Shown here in pieces: positions 1 through 9,552 of a stretch of DNA of 64,000 nt. The stretch's first letter is position 1. Every line of letters begins with the position of its first letter. The translations under genes were made by a program, and so were the position numbers. The notes beneath the pieces are model-generated. The model had not been told where the DNA came from, did not search any database, and worked only from the letters and a program-made list of their open reading frames with translations. The stretch lies in IMG/VR virus record IMGVR_UViG_2061766007_000957, positions 1 to 64,000 of that record. One strand, 5' to 3'. This DNA is from an uncultured virus (IMG/VR IMGVR_UViG_2061766007_000957). Its lineage: Duplodnaviria > Heunggongvirae > Uroviricota > Caudoviricetes.

Positions 1-200
1 GACGAAAGGCTGGTAGCACCGCCACCGTCTTGTACTATCATCATCCAATAAGCACCCTCGGAAGGTGTAATGTTGGTAACAGAATCTTGCTTGCACATCC
101 ACGACTTACCGTCATAGCGTACAATATCCAAACTATTATATGTAGCACTTGCACTATATGCCCCTTTTGGTATCGGTACTACTTTTGCTAATGTACTCAT
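1..200 (-). CDS. Tail fibre / RBP N-terminal fragment (truncated by window edge)
   Basis: ATG at 200 overlaps the TGA of the upstream gene. Translates MSTLAKVVPIPKGAYSASATYNSLDIVRYDGKSWMCKQD..., clearly paralogous to the N-terminus of 62073..63926. Not in the ORF track. Confidence 0.8.
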   Translation of the reverse strand, partial: MSTLAKVVPIPKGAYSASATYNSLDIVRYDGKSWMCKQDSVTNITPSEGAYWMMIVQDGGGATSLS

Positions 201-751
201 TCAGGCTCGACCCCCCATTTCAAAAATCCATTTGAATCAACCCACATTGTGAAATACCCACCACTGTAAAGAAGCTCTCCGGTTGTCCAGTCTATTGTAA
301 AGTTAGGTGCATGCTCTTCAACAACATCTTCAACATACTCTTTACAATCTTCCGCAATGCCAGCATAATATTTACTGTTATTCTGATAAGTATCATCTCC
401 GCTTGTTACCGGTACGCCACCTCTTTCTCCGACTGCCCACGCTTCAGAATCAACAGCTCTATCATCAGCGATATCAGAATAGTATAAACTGTTATTATGA
501 TATGCAGGATCCGTTGAAGGAACATCACTACCATCTCTTTTACCAATGGCGTATGCTTCAGAAGTCTCTGCATACTCTTCTGCCTGCGCTAATGCTTGCG
601 CTATTTCTTCATAAGTTCCCAATCGAATAACATTACCGGGACTCAGCGTCATATATACATAGCCATTATCAAGACATACAGCAAATTCGCCCGAAGTCAT
701 TCTTGTTGGATCAAAGTCAAGATAATTGCCCCTGCGCATTCTAATCGCCAT
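197..751 (-). CDS. Baseplate/tail-fibre adaptor-like structural protein
   Basis: Follows the tail tip gene; two internal repeats SEA(Y/W)A.G.R.G..V...D..Y.NNS.YY; AGGAGG RBS. Confidence 0.6.
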   Translation of the reverse strand: MAIRMRRGNYLDFDPTRMTSGEFAVCLDNGYVYMTLSPGNVIRLGTYEEIAQALAQAEEYAETSEAYAIGKRDGSDVPSTDPAYHNNSLYYSDIADDRAVDSEAWAVGERGGVPVTSGDDTYQNNSKYYAGIAEDCKEYVEDVVEEHAPNFTIDWTTGELLYSGGYFTMWVDSNGFLKWGVEPE

Positions 752-767
752 GAGTTATTTCCTCCTT

Positions 768-3008
768 CTATGTTATATCTATCAAAAGACCTTTGCGAAA
801 ATGCAATGTTGTACCATTTATAGTAACCGTATCCGTAACCCCTTCATTAGCATCTATGAACAAATGATCAACCCATATATTAAGAGCGGTTCCACCAATA
901 CCCAAAGATTGATATCCACCTGCATTACCCCACCAATCAAAAAATCCCACTTGAGAACCATTTTGATATCCTGTAATACTGGTTGCACTCAATTCATAGT
1001 AAGTAGACCCGGTTGCACTTCTTATTGTTGAACCGGTTATAGTTCCACCTTCAATAGTACCACCGCTTATTTCAGTACCAGTTATAGTTCCACCAGTAAT
1101 ATCAGTACCGGTTATTTCTGTACCACTTATCTCAGAAGCAGTTATATCAACACCTGTTATAGAAGGTCCTTCTATTGTACCAGCATAAATCTTAATACCG
1201 TTCTTATTCCACTCTCCTATTATTTGATTTGCTGCATTACGCACTTCAATTTTAGGATTCGTGTTTGAAGATGATCCACCAACCGTCAAGGTGCCAGTAT
1301 TTATCCAATCTGCATTGACCCCTATTGCAGAAATAGTATTCATAACTGCATTGTTATTTGCATCAATACCGGCTGACCAGGTTGTAGTTGATTCAGTTGT
1401 TCCTGCATTTGTTGTACTAAAAAATCCACTACCGGTTATTTTCCATACATGGGATCCTTGTGTAAATCTTATCTCCCCATTCACAACAGATAATGGTTTA
1501 TCTGACATATAAGAAATCATACTGCCATCGGCCTGTTCAATGGATTGCCAATAATTACCGCCTGCGTTAGCCGCAAGTTCATTCATTCTTTGCACAGCTA
1601 CATCATAATTTGATATTGCTTTCGCAGTCTTTCTGGCCTCGGCGACTATTGCCTTTGCCGATTGACTACTATATGTCGAAAATTGTTGAGCTGGCGATTG
1701 AGCGTTACAACTAATACTCATATACGCACCAGTTGTAAAAGTAACGCTAGTGCAGAATGTAAAGTATGTATTTCTCTTTGCATCACTGACAACAACCCAG
1801 TCTCCACTCTCTATTGTCGGATCCTGCAAATAAGATAAACTGAATGGTCTGAAGGGAATAAAGTTTGTAAAAAAGTCATACCATAAAGCCTGCGCAACTT
1901 CGCTTTCAATACCTACGGTGAGTGGATTATCATCAATAACCATACAATAATCAAATATCTCGGTTACATCTTCATCATCCCATACACCATGATGGCTTGT
2001 AATGAACTCATATCGTCTATTCTTATAGCGTACTTTATCACCAGCGCTATAATATGCAGAAGAACTAAATTTTGGATCAGCGCTGGCAATTACTTCTTCA
2101 TCACCATTCTTTACTTTAACCGCAGTGATAACTATATCATCAGTACCTACACAAACGCTCTTTGCAAACCCTAAATCATGAAACGCAACTGGATCTGTGA
2201 ATAAACCACCATCAAAATCATCACCGGTTGCATAAGATCCATCCAGCTTATATTGTCTTGTAAAATCACCACCATTAAGCGCATCTCCGGTAAAATAAGA
2301 ACCATCGGGCTTATATACTTTTCTAAAATTACCTCCGTCTATATATGGCTCTGGAACAGCATCTGTATACCAAACAAACCGCAATGATCCATATTCATCT
2401 ATCTTAGCATTAACACAAAGAATCTGACATACATACGAAATCATTTGCCTGCATGTAATATCTCCATCCGGCCTCTGTTCAATGGAAGTATTATACCTTA
2501 GCCTTGAAGGGGTTGCAGTATTATCAACAACTCCACAATAATTACAAATATTCTGTATTATATTCTGCAAGGTAGCAGGATAAGAAGTGGGACATTCTGA
2601 ATAGGGAACATCAAATAAATACATATTATCAACTGCTTCAATAGTGATAACAGATCCTGTGGTTGCTGGCGTTATAACAGTAAATTTGCCTATGCGGATC
2701 TTTTCAACAGTTTCATTATCTTCAAGCAGCAAGCCAACATATAAGAAGAAGGTAGCCCCATAAAAATCATACAAGCTAAAATTCTCATTTGTATTATCAA
2801 GAGCAATAGTAACAGACTTACCAAGGGCAGTTCCTATACAAAATGCATCTCCATCAACAACATCGTCATGAATTGTATTTCCGCCTAAACGAAAATCTTC
2901 CGGCGCGAGATGCAGGACTGTCCCATCAGCTAAAGTCATGTCAGCATAGTTCACAAAGTTCCTACGCATACTCATTGTTCTTCTAAATGTAGCACTTGCG
3001 CTTCTCAT
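768..3008 (-). CDS. Tail tip / baseplate hub (Tal-like) protein
   Basis: Position after Dit and tape measure; DGG.F repeats; small CBM-like insert (YSAGDKVRYKNRRY); C-terminal I(T/S)G.. pentapeptide repeats suggesting a beta-helix. Confidence 0.7.
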   Translation of the reverse strand: MRSASATFRRTMSMRRNFVNYADMTLADGTVLHLAPEDFRLGGNTIHDDVVDGDAFCIGTALGKSVTIALDNTNENFSLYDFYGATFFLYVGLLLEDNETVEKIRIGKFTVITPATTGSVITIEAVDNMYLFDVPYSECPTSYPATLQNIIQNICNYCGVVDNTATPSRLRYNTSIEQRPDGDITCRQMISYVCQILCVNAKIDEYGSLRFVWYTDAVPEPYIDGGNFRKVYKPDGSYFTGDALNGGDFTRQYKLDGSYATGDDFDGGLFTDPVAFHDLGFAKSVCVGTDDIVITAVKVKNGDEEVIASADPKFSSSAYYSAGDKVRYKNRRYEFITSHHGVWDDEDVTEIFDYCMVIDDNPLTVGIESEVAQALWYDFFTNFIPFRPFSLSYLQDPTIESGDWVVVSDAKRNTYFTFCTSVTFTTGAYMSISCNAQSPAQQFSTYSSQSAKAIVAEARKTAKAISNYDVAVQRMNELAANAGGNYWQSIEQADGSMISYMSDKPLSVVNGEIRFTQGSHVWKITGSGFFSTTNAGTTESTTTWSAGIDANNNAVMNTISAIGVNADWINTGTLTVGGSSSNTNPKIEVRNAANQIIGEWNKNGIKIYAGTIEGPSITGVDITASEISGTEITGTDITGGTITGTEISGGTIEGGTITGSTIRSATGSTYYELSATSITGYQNGSQVGFFDWWGNAGGYQSLGIGGTALNIWVDHLFIDANEGVTDTVTINGTTLHFRKGLLIDIT

Positions 3009-3382
3009 ACAGGAAGTATACTCCTTACATTGATACTAAGATCCGACCAAAGTTCTCCAGTTCTTTCTCCTAAGCGTTGAGCTCCCATACTAAAATTGCT
3101 GGCATAAAATTGAGCCGTACTCCACCCGCTGGCTTGTCTAGGATCCCGATGATGAAACTGAAAATATGGCTTGTTCATCATCAAATTAAGTATAGTTGAT
3201 ATTTCATCTGATTTCAATGACTTCCAAGTCAAATCATAACCGGCAATAGTACCCAGCGGAGTGTTATGCATAATCAGATCCTGCGTCCTATCACTATCTT
3301 CTGTAGAGGTAGTTGCGAATACTGGTTTATAGCTATCTGGAGTTTTTATTTCAGTTCCATCTATAGAAAATCTTTCTCCCAT
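3005..3382 (-). CDS. Distal tail (Dit-like) protein
   Basis: 125 aa directly after the tape measure gene; size, position and sequence style typical of Firmicutes siphophage Dit proteins. Confidence 0.6.
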   Translation of the reverse strand: MGERFSIDGTEIKTPDSYKPVFATTSTEDSDRTQDLIMHNTPLGTIAGYDLTWKSLKSDEISTILNLMMNKPYFQFHHRDPRQASGWSTAQFYASNFSMGAQRLGERTGELWSDLSINVRSILPV

Positions 3383-3383
3383 C

Positions 3384-6167
3384 TTATCCCCTTTCTAACA
3401 GGAACGGATTGCGGCCTCTGCTCATTTGTAATACCTGCCCACCTTCAATCGCGTATTGTGCGATTGTACGCTTGTCAGGCAGCATTAAATTCAATGTAAT
3501 ACTCTGCCCAGCTCCACCGTTCTGTTGTAATGCCTGATTAAAGGCGTCTACCATCGTTGATAACGGGGTTTCAATATTCGTCCCGGACTTCTGATCGCCC
3601 AGCACTGCCATGAACTCTCTATTCGGTGGTATAACAGCTCCCTGCGCAAGGTTAGGCATCTTGTATTGGAGTCTTTTGAATTGTACTTTTGGTATATTGA
3701 ATGAGAAATGATTTCCAGCTCCCATCCAATCAGGCAACCAATCCGGAACATCAAAGCTGATACTGTTTATCAGATCTACGATCGTATTAACTGCCCATTC
3801 AGCTGCTGATATAATTGAATTAAATATACCTACAAAGATCTCAGCCACGCCATACCAAGCACGCTTCCAATCTCCGGTAAATACTCCTACAATAAAATCT
3901 ATTATGCCACCAATGACATCCATGATATATCCGATCTGCTCACCGATAAATTTGAACGCGGTACTAACCGAATTTTTTACGGCAGTCAGTACCCAAAGAA
4001 CAATAGGATATATCTTTTCCTGTATCCATTGCATTAAGGGCTTTAACCAGTTTTCCCATACAAGTCTTACCAGATCGACCACCTTACCAATAAGCGGTTT
4101 CAGTTTTTCGATGGTAGGTTTGATATATTGTTCGTATGCCTTCTTAACTTCATCAGCAATGCCTTGAATAATGGGAAGAGCTTTATTGTTGTACCAATCT
4201 AAGAACTGAGCCAGCATCTCGGATACATCTTCTGTCAAATCTTCTATGAATGGATGAATATATTCATCATAGGCTTCATTCAAAGTATCAACCAAATCAT
4301 CGACGGCCTGTTTAACTGTTTCAAGAACATCTGCTATAACACCCAACGATCCATCAACTGCTTCTTTTATATCCTCTTTATTGTCGATAAAAGGCTGAGT
4401 AATCAAGGTGATTATATCGTCGATAGCTTTTGATACAAGTTCCGATATTCCCATAAATGCATCTGCAAATATACCTATCAAAGCTGCGGTTACTCTTTGA
4501 CCATTTTCATCTCCGAAGACTTCAAATACTTCTGCAAAAGCTTCTAAGAAATCAGACAGTTGATTAAGTATATGAGCCCATACATTAAACATCGATATAA
4601 GATGATTTTTTATACGCTCTTTATTTTCTTCGAGATATTTTGCAATGCCACCAACCAAATTTTGAACTATGGTGATGCCCATACTTACGATAGCTCCAGC
4701 CAATGTGCCTAAGAACCTGAATAATGCAGTTGCAAATTCATCTGCAGATTGCATAACCCGAGGATCAGTGAAAATCTCTTTTAGAGCTGCTTTTATTCTC
4801 TGCAGATTCTGCCATATATTAAGAAGCCTGTTTTTCCAATCTCCAAGACCGGCTAAGAAACCATTCTTAAAGGCATCCCAATACTTTTTCAATTCCAAGA
4901 TCTTATTCTTGATCATCTCAAGTAACTTCTTAAGTTTCTCTACCCATTCCAATATCTCAGAATCGATAGGCATCTCATGAAATGTTGCACCGGCTGCGCC
5001 GCCTGCGCCACCATCATCCGCATTGCTCTGATATTTGTTGATCTCATCAATGGGCGACAAATATCCTTTCAATGCCTTCTCTGCATTCTTAGCACTCTTA
5101 GCTGTCTTATCCAAACTCTTAGCATAATTCTCCTGCACCTGATCTGCTACCAGTATAGTTTTCTGTCCAGATAAAAGAGCCACGAACATACTGATCTTGG
5201 TAATGGCCTCATTCAAAAGATTTATTACCTTTGTAATGGCTGGTGCGAGGGCATTTATCAGCGGAGAAACCATCGCCCCTATATTATTTTTAAGAGTAGA
5301 AATAGCAGATAAAATAGAGCTGATAGACTGGTTTAATTTACCGTTTTCGCCTTCCCATAAAACAATATTCTTGATACCTTCTTTTGCGGCTTCTTTGAAT
5401 TTTCTTATGAGAACTACCATAGATCCAATTCCCAGCGCATATTTCAACAACATCTTGATACCTTTTTTGATTACTCCTGTCGTTGAAGCTATGCCAGCAC
5501 CAAACCCACCAAGTGCGCTTCTGGCATTTTTAGAAGCCCTGCTAAACTCTTTCATACGGGAAGTGGATTTCTTCATAGAAGAATTAAACTTGTCCACCTG
5601 TTTAGAATTTTCGGCAGTAGAATTTCTTTGCTGCTCCCATGAATTGATCAACAATCTTGTCTTATTGTTTATAAGAGCTAACTTCTCTGCCAGCTGCTTA
5701 TATTCATCGGTATCAGAACCAAGGGTAAACGCCTTTCCGGTATTTACCAATTCTTGCAGTCGTTGTTTATCTTCTTCTATGAGGGATTTGAATCTTTCAA
5801 GATCTGATTGTACTCGATCCCATGTCGGTCCATCAGTAATTCCCTGCTCCCGAAGTCTTTCTTGAGATAGTAAAAGTTTTTGATATGCTTCTTCAACTGT
5901 ATGAAGATGATCCTGTATTGCTGAATATTCTTCAGTCGGAATTTGAGTATTTTCAAGCTCAGTCATTTTTTCAATGACTTTCATAGCTTCGGCAGTTACT
6001 GCTGCCATCCGTTCTTTGATGCGTTGAAGAGACAAATCCAATTCTTGCCCAGCAGATTCGTCAAAAATATCTTTGATCATATCTTGAAGGGTCTTGGTAG
6101 TATTACCAATATCTTCAACACTCAATCCAACTGTTAATTCGATATCTGTTGGTTTAGACATACTCAA
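3384..6167 (-). CDS. Tape measure protein
   Basis: 927 aa helical, W/F-periodic repeats, C-terminal LAQGAVIPPNREFMAVLGDQ motif, follows the tail chaperones. Confidence 0.92.
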   Translation of the reverse strand: MSMSKPTDIELTVGLSVEDIGNTTKTLQDMIKDIFDESAGQELDLSLQRIKERMAAVTAEAMKVIEKMTELENTQIPTEEYSAIQDHLHTVEEAYQKLLLSQERLREQGITDGPTWDRVQSDLERFKSLIEEDKQRLQELVNTGKAFTLGSDTDEYKQLAEKLALINNKTRLLINSWEQQRNSTAENSKQVDKFNSSMKKSTSRMKEFSRASKNARSALGGFGAGIASTTGVIKKGIKMLLKYALGIGSMVVLIRKFKEAAKEGIKNIVLWEGENGKLNQSISSILSAISTLKNNIGAMVSPLINALAPAITKVINLLNEAITKISMFVALLSGQKTILVADQVQENYAKSLDKTAKSAKNAEKALKGYLSPIDEINKYQSNADDGGAGGAAGATFHEMPIDSEILEWVEKLKKLLEMIKNKILELKKYWDAFKNGFLAGLGDWKNRLLNIWQNLQRIKAALKEIFTDPRVMQSADEFATALFRFLGTLAGAIVSMGITIVQNLVGGIAKYLEENKERIKNHLISMFNVWAHILNQLSDFLEAFAEVFEVFGDENGQRVTAALIGIFADAFMGISELVSKAIDDIITLITQPFIDNKEDIKEAVDGSLGVIADVLETVKQAVDDLVDTLNEAYDEYIHPFIEDLTEDVSEMLAQFLDWYNNKALPIIQGIADEVKKAYEQYIKPTIEKLKPLIGKVVDLVRLVWENWLKPLMQWIQEKIYPIVLWVLTAVKNSVSTAFKFIGEQIGYIMDVIGGIIDFIVGVFTGDWKRAWYGVAEIFVGIFNSIISAAEWAVNTIVDLINSISFDVPDWLPDWMGAGNHFSFNIPKVQFKRLQYKMPNLAQGAVIPPNREFMAVLGDQKSGTNIETPLSTMVDAFNQALQQNGGAGQSITLNLMLPDKRTIAQYAIEGGQVLQMSRGRNPFLLERG

Positions 6168-6745
6168 TCACCTTTATTCCAGATTTGGTTTATCATCTCA
6201 TCATATTGCTTATCTTCTTCGGTACGGAAATCCATATCAAAATATTGTGGGTTTTCATGTTGAAACTTTCTTTCGTGTTTTTCTAATTTTTCAGGCTTTG
6301 CTAACTTATTTCTTATACCGACAATAGTGGATAGCGGAGATTCTCCTATTGCGAGATAATATCCCATAAACGTCCACCAATGCAAATAAGGCAAAGCTCT
6401 TATTTCCTGTCCAGCAACATTGTTTATAGCTGAACATATCAACTGCTCGTCCTTCTCCCAATCTATTAGTCGGGTAGCATTCTTTTCTTCTTTCAGATCA
6501 GATCCACAGTTGAAGAAAATATACATCTGATGTACTGCTTCTTCTATATCCGGAAATGCATTAAGATCTTCTATCCCTTCCATGCCATCATAAAAAATAA
6601 TAAGGCAAGCATATACCCGCTCCTGCATAGAGAGATCTTGATCATTTAGAGCTTTGAAGCAGTCTAATACCATTCTATAATCACCCTGATTTCGAATAGA
6701 ATAAGACTGCTCCTTAATCTTAACACTTATTGGTATTTCGTACAT
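6164..6745 (-). CDS. Bacteriophage Gp15-like tail assembly chaperone
   Basis: DYR..L, IDWEKDEQLI, LHWWTF motifs typical of the A118 Gp15 family. Confidence 0.8.
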   Translation of the reverse strand: MYEIPISVKIKEQSYSIRNQGDYRMVLDCFKALNDQDLSMQERVYACLIIFYDGMEGIEDLNAFPDIEEAVHQMYIFFNCGSDLKEEKNATRLIDWEKDEQLICSAINNVAGQEIRALPYLHWWTFMGYYLAIGESPLSTIVGIRNKLAKPEKLEKHERKFQHENPQYFDMDFRTEEDKQYDEMINQIWNKGD

Positions 6746-7254
6746 TATTTTTTCTTTCCAGTATACTTGGAGGTGTGGTTATTTATCCTTTTCTTCATGA
6801 GCTCAAACTCATTATTGAAGTTAGTATCATACAACCCAATCAACTTCTCCATTATATACTCAAATCGAAACTTGCCATTGATGGGATCATACAAGGTTCC
6901 ATTCGGACATGCCTTGTCTGCTATTTTAGAATCGAAGGCATAATCTAAAAGATTTTTCATGTCCTCATTGATCTTCATCAACTGATCTAATGTACTATCC
7001 GGATCATCTGTAATCGCAGCCTGAGCTTCTTCTACAAAAGCCAGCATTTTCGGATAAATTTCTTCCAGTCTTTTTACGACCGAAATATCAGAAGTATTCA
7101 ACTCTATAATTCTGTTATTATCCCGGTCCAGACGAAATCTCTTTTTCTGCAGCTCCTTAAAATCAAGATCCATTATGTCATTGCTGGGAGCTGCTTTTGT
7201 ACCCGTTTTTGTAGTTTTTATCTCAAGATTATTCTTACTTCTTTGTGCTGCCAT
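6745..7254 (-). CDS. Tail assembly chaperone
   Basis: Between major tail and Gp15-like genes; AAGGAGG RBS. Confidence 0.65.
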   Translation of the reverse strand: MAAQRSKNNLEIKTTKTGTKAAPSNDIMDLDFKELQKKRFRLDRDNNRIIELNTSDISVVKRLEEIYPKMLAFVEEAQAAITDDPDSTLDQLMKINEDMKNLLDYAFDSKIADKACPNGTLYDPINGKFRFEYIMEKLIGLYDTNFNNEFELMKKRINNHTSKYTGKKK

Positions 7255-7269
7255 ACCTTTCCTCCTTAA

Positions 7270-7806
7270 TTAAGCGTCTGCCGTAAACTGAAAATCATCC
7301 GCCAGCTTATTAACCGTACCAGTTGTAAGCTCATTTGACAGATATAAAGAAATGGGCATATTAACATTTACATCGCCACCAATGCTGTTCGGTGTGATAG
7401 TACAATTAACATGCTTCACTGCTTCAAATCCATTTGTACTATCCCCTAAGAACCCATCAATCACATATGCCGTAAATTGATTCAGTTCAGAAATAGCATT
7501 CCGGTTCATTACATCAACAAGCAGGGCTGCAAGACGACTTCCACCCATAACAAGGAACGGATCGAAATCCTGCTGTGGCTGGGTCTTATTCAGATCCGTA
7601 TAGTTGATACCAAGGATATCTGTGGATGTAGCCACATCATTGTTATATTCAATACTGGAATCTTCTGTTCTCCGGCCAAGGATCTCACGATGCGTTGTTG
7701 TCCCGGTCCCTGCTTCTTCTTCCCACTCAACTACCGTGATAAGAAGTTTACGCTCGGCTCTCTGTCCGTTATTCAGATTAACTAACTTCGGTACCTTAAA
7801 AGCCAT
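7270..7806 (-). CDS. Major tail (tube) protein
   Basis: 178 aa beta-rich, LG....DSSIEYN and DILG motifs, position after head-tail genes. Confidence 0.75.
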   Translation of the reverse strand: MAFKVPKLVNLNNGQRAERKLLITVVEWEEEAGTGTTTHREILGRRTEDSSIEYNNDVATSTDILGINYTDLNKTQPQQDFDPFLVMGGSRLAALLVDVMNRNAISELNQFTAYVIDGFLGDSTNGFEAVKHVNCTITPNSIGGDVNVNMPISLYLSNELTTGTVNKLADDFQFTADA

Positions 7807-7821
7807 TCTTTTTTCCTCCTC

Positions 7822-8298
7822 TTAGTAAATTGCTTTTGTATTATCCAGGTAATTTACCTGAATAGTTATGCTGTATTTTGCAAGCGCTGGCGTTAAGCTG
7901 GTATCTACTCCATCCAGATTCGGATTATCAGTAGATGGCTGAATAGAATCAACCACGCATTCAATACCAAAGTCCGGAAAGTTTCGAAGATCGTTTTGTT
8001 CCTCTACCCAGTCTATAACACCTTGTACATCGAGCATATCTTCTACATTCTCATTCGTATATCCCGGAACTGTTACCAATGGATTGTAGTTTATTGACCG
8101 GAAATCTATGATTGTGAATGTATACTGTTTCTGTATACTCCCATCAATAAAGGGAGTATTTGTAGCCTTATCATTTGCCACCGTGACTATTTCTCGGGTC
8201 AGGTCTTTCGCTTGAATCGCATTGAAGAACATCGGATTTTCTGCAATAGCTGGACAAGTCAACAGATATTCAATTATTGCAGCGTTCCGGTCCACCAT
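7822..8298 (-). CDS. Tail terminator / head-tail completion protein
   Basis: Synteny; FPDFG motif and C-terminal AKYSITIQVNY. Confidence 0.6.
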   Translation of the reverse strand: MVDRNAAIIEYLLTCPAIAENPMFFNAIQAKDLTREIVTVANDKATNTPFIDGSIQKQYTFTIIDFRSINYNPLVTVPGYTNENVEDMLDVQGVIDWVEEQNDLRNFPDFGIECVVDSIQPSTDNPNLDGVDTSLTPALAKYSITIQVNYLDNTKAIY

Positions 8299-8654
8299 GC
8301 TCTCCTATATCTCCTTTTAATGATATTCTGTACCTGCTTAGCAAAAGGCTTTCTTTGTGTTTGCATTGCCACTTTATCCCACATAGCAGAAGCCAGCGGA
8401 TGATAATCAGTTGTATGGTGAAACCCTACCCCATAATACTGATATCTTGCGTATGGCTGAATATACCTAACGCAAGTGGGTTCGATCTCTACTGTTTGGG
8501 ATAAGGGTCCATGCAGGAACGGAACCCAAGGATTTATCATGCGGGCAAATGAAGTATGAACCTCCAACATGAGCTGCGGATCATTGCCTATGCGGCTCAG
8601 TTTCTGTTGTATTCTTTTGGAGTTAATATCCACCTTCGTAGTTAGCCGTGACAT
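8274..8654 (-). CDS. Minor capsid / neck protein (Minor_capsid_2-like)
   Basis: PWVPF..G.L and PYARYQYYG motifs. Confidence 0.75.
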   Translation of the reverse strand: MSRLTTKVDINSKRIQQKLSRIGNDPQLMLEVHTSFARMINPWVPFLHGPLSQTVEIEPTCVRYIQPYARYQYYGVGFHHTTDYHPLASAMWDKVAMQTQRKPFAKQVQNIIKRRYRRAWWTGTLQ

Positions 8655-8656
8655 CC

Positions 8657-9103
8657 TTATATACCGTTTATCCTATAATGCTCGTTACCTCTGCCCACTC
8701 CAGTATTATCACCGACCTCTTTAATTGTCAGACAACCCTGCAATGCTTTGTACTTTGCCACAAAGTCTGTTGAACGTTTCCCAGCGGTATATTCGTCTAT
8801 ATCTTCACTGATCTCCCCTTCAACGATAATATCACCGGGTTTTAATGTGAAGTATGCTCCCTTCTGATCATTTGGCAGCTCTACCCACAAATAAGGTTTC
8901 ATGTAGTTGTCCTTTTTAGGGATACGGCATAAGATATTGTTTGTATCGATCTCGACATTATTTATCTTGACATTCTCTCCCACACTCTTGTAAAAACACC
9001 CAGTCAAGATTGTCTTATACCATCTTACCACATGAGTTAGAGGATCTTCGTATCTGTTATATACTGTAACGGTGTCATCCCACCATACTGCGTAATTATT
9101 CAT
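8657..9103 (-). CDS. Head closure / head-tail adaptor
   Basis: TVTVYN and FTLKPGD.IV.G motifs; start moved to the ATG at 9103, which overlaps the upstream stop. Confidence 0.65.
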   Translation of the reverse strand: MNNYAVWWDDTVTVYNRYEDPLTHVVRWYKTILTGCFYKSVGENVKINNVEIDTNNILCRIPKKDNYMKPYLWVELPNDQKGAYFTLKPGDIIVEGEISEDIDEYTAGKRSTDFVAKYKALQGCLTIKEVGDNTGVGRGNEHYRINGI

Positions 9104-9512
9104 CCGGATACATCCCTCTATATAGCAGCTTTTTGCCCAGCTCATTTGTGACATATGATAAATACTGGTCTATAGTTTTTTGTATCTGCGCCTCTGCAGT
9201 TTCCAACATATCCTTCGCTGATAAAGTATTATAGCTAACGGATACGCCATCATTGGATTGACTTGCTATCCCAGCAACTAACCCGGTACCATCAGTATCA
9301 GCACCATCTGCTGTAGCCTTTGCCATATCCTGCAATAATTTGATAAGTCTATATTCACAACGCTTTACTTCTTCCGGAAAGGTTGTGTCTTTTTTCAACC
9401 GGTTAAAAGTATACCAGTTGATTTTTGCTTCGGCTTCAAAACTATAATCATCGAAGGTGGCTTCATCTAATGTACCGCCCATCGCTTGATACTCTGCATA
9501 TGATAAATACAT
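9096..9512 (-). CDS. Head-tail connector (gp15-like adaptor)
   Basis: YLSYAEY..MGG, SQSNDGVSVSY and LLYRG motifs; immediately after the capsid gene. Confidence 0.8.
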   Translation of the reverse strand: MYLSYAEYQAMGGTLDEATFDDYSFEAEAKINWYTFNRLKKDTTFPEEVKRCEYRLIKLLQDMAKATADGADTDGTGLVAGIASQSNDGVSVSYNTLSAKDMLETAEAQIQKTIDQYLSYVTNELGKKLLYRGMYPDE

Positions 9513-9552
9513 GATTCCACCACCTTTCCATGATTATGTTGGAGATTTATTA

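Noticed and set aside
5197..5865. 222-aa plus-strand ORF (and the other plus-strand ORFs in the track)
   Set aside because: Antisense to well-supported minus-strand genes; unnatural composition; no plus-strand promoters or RBSs evident.
6740..6765. Programmed frameshift in the tail chaperone
   Set aside because: The downstream Gp15-like gene has its own coupled ATG (TAATG); no convincing slippery heptamer.
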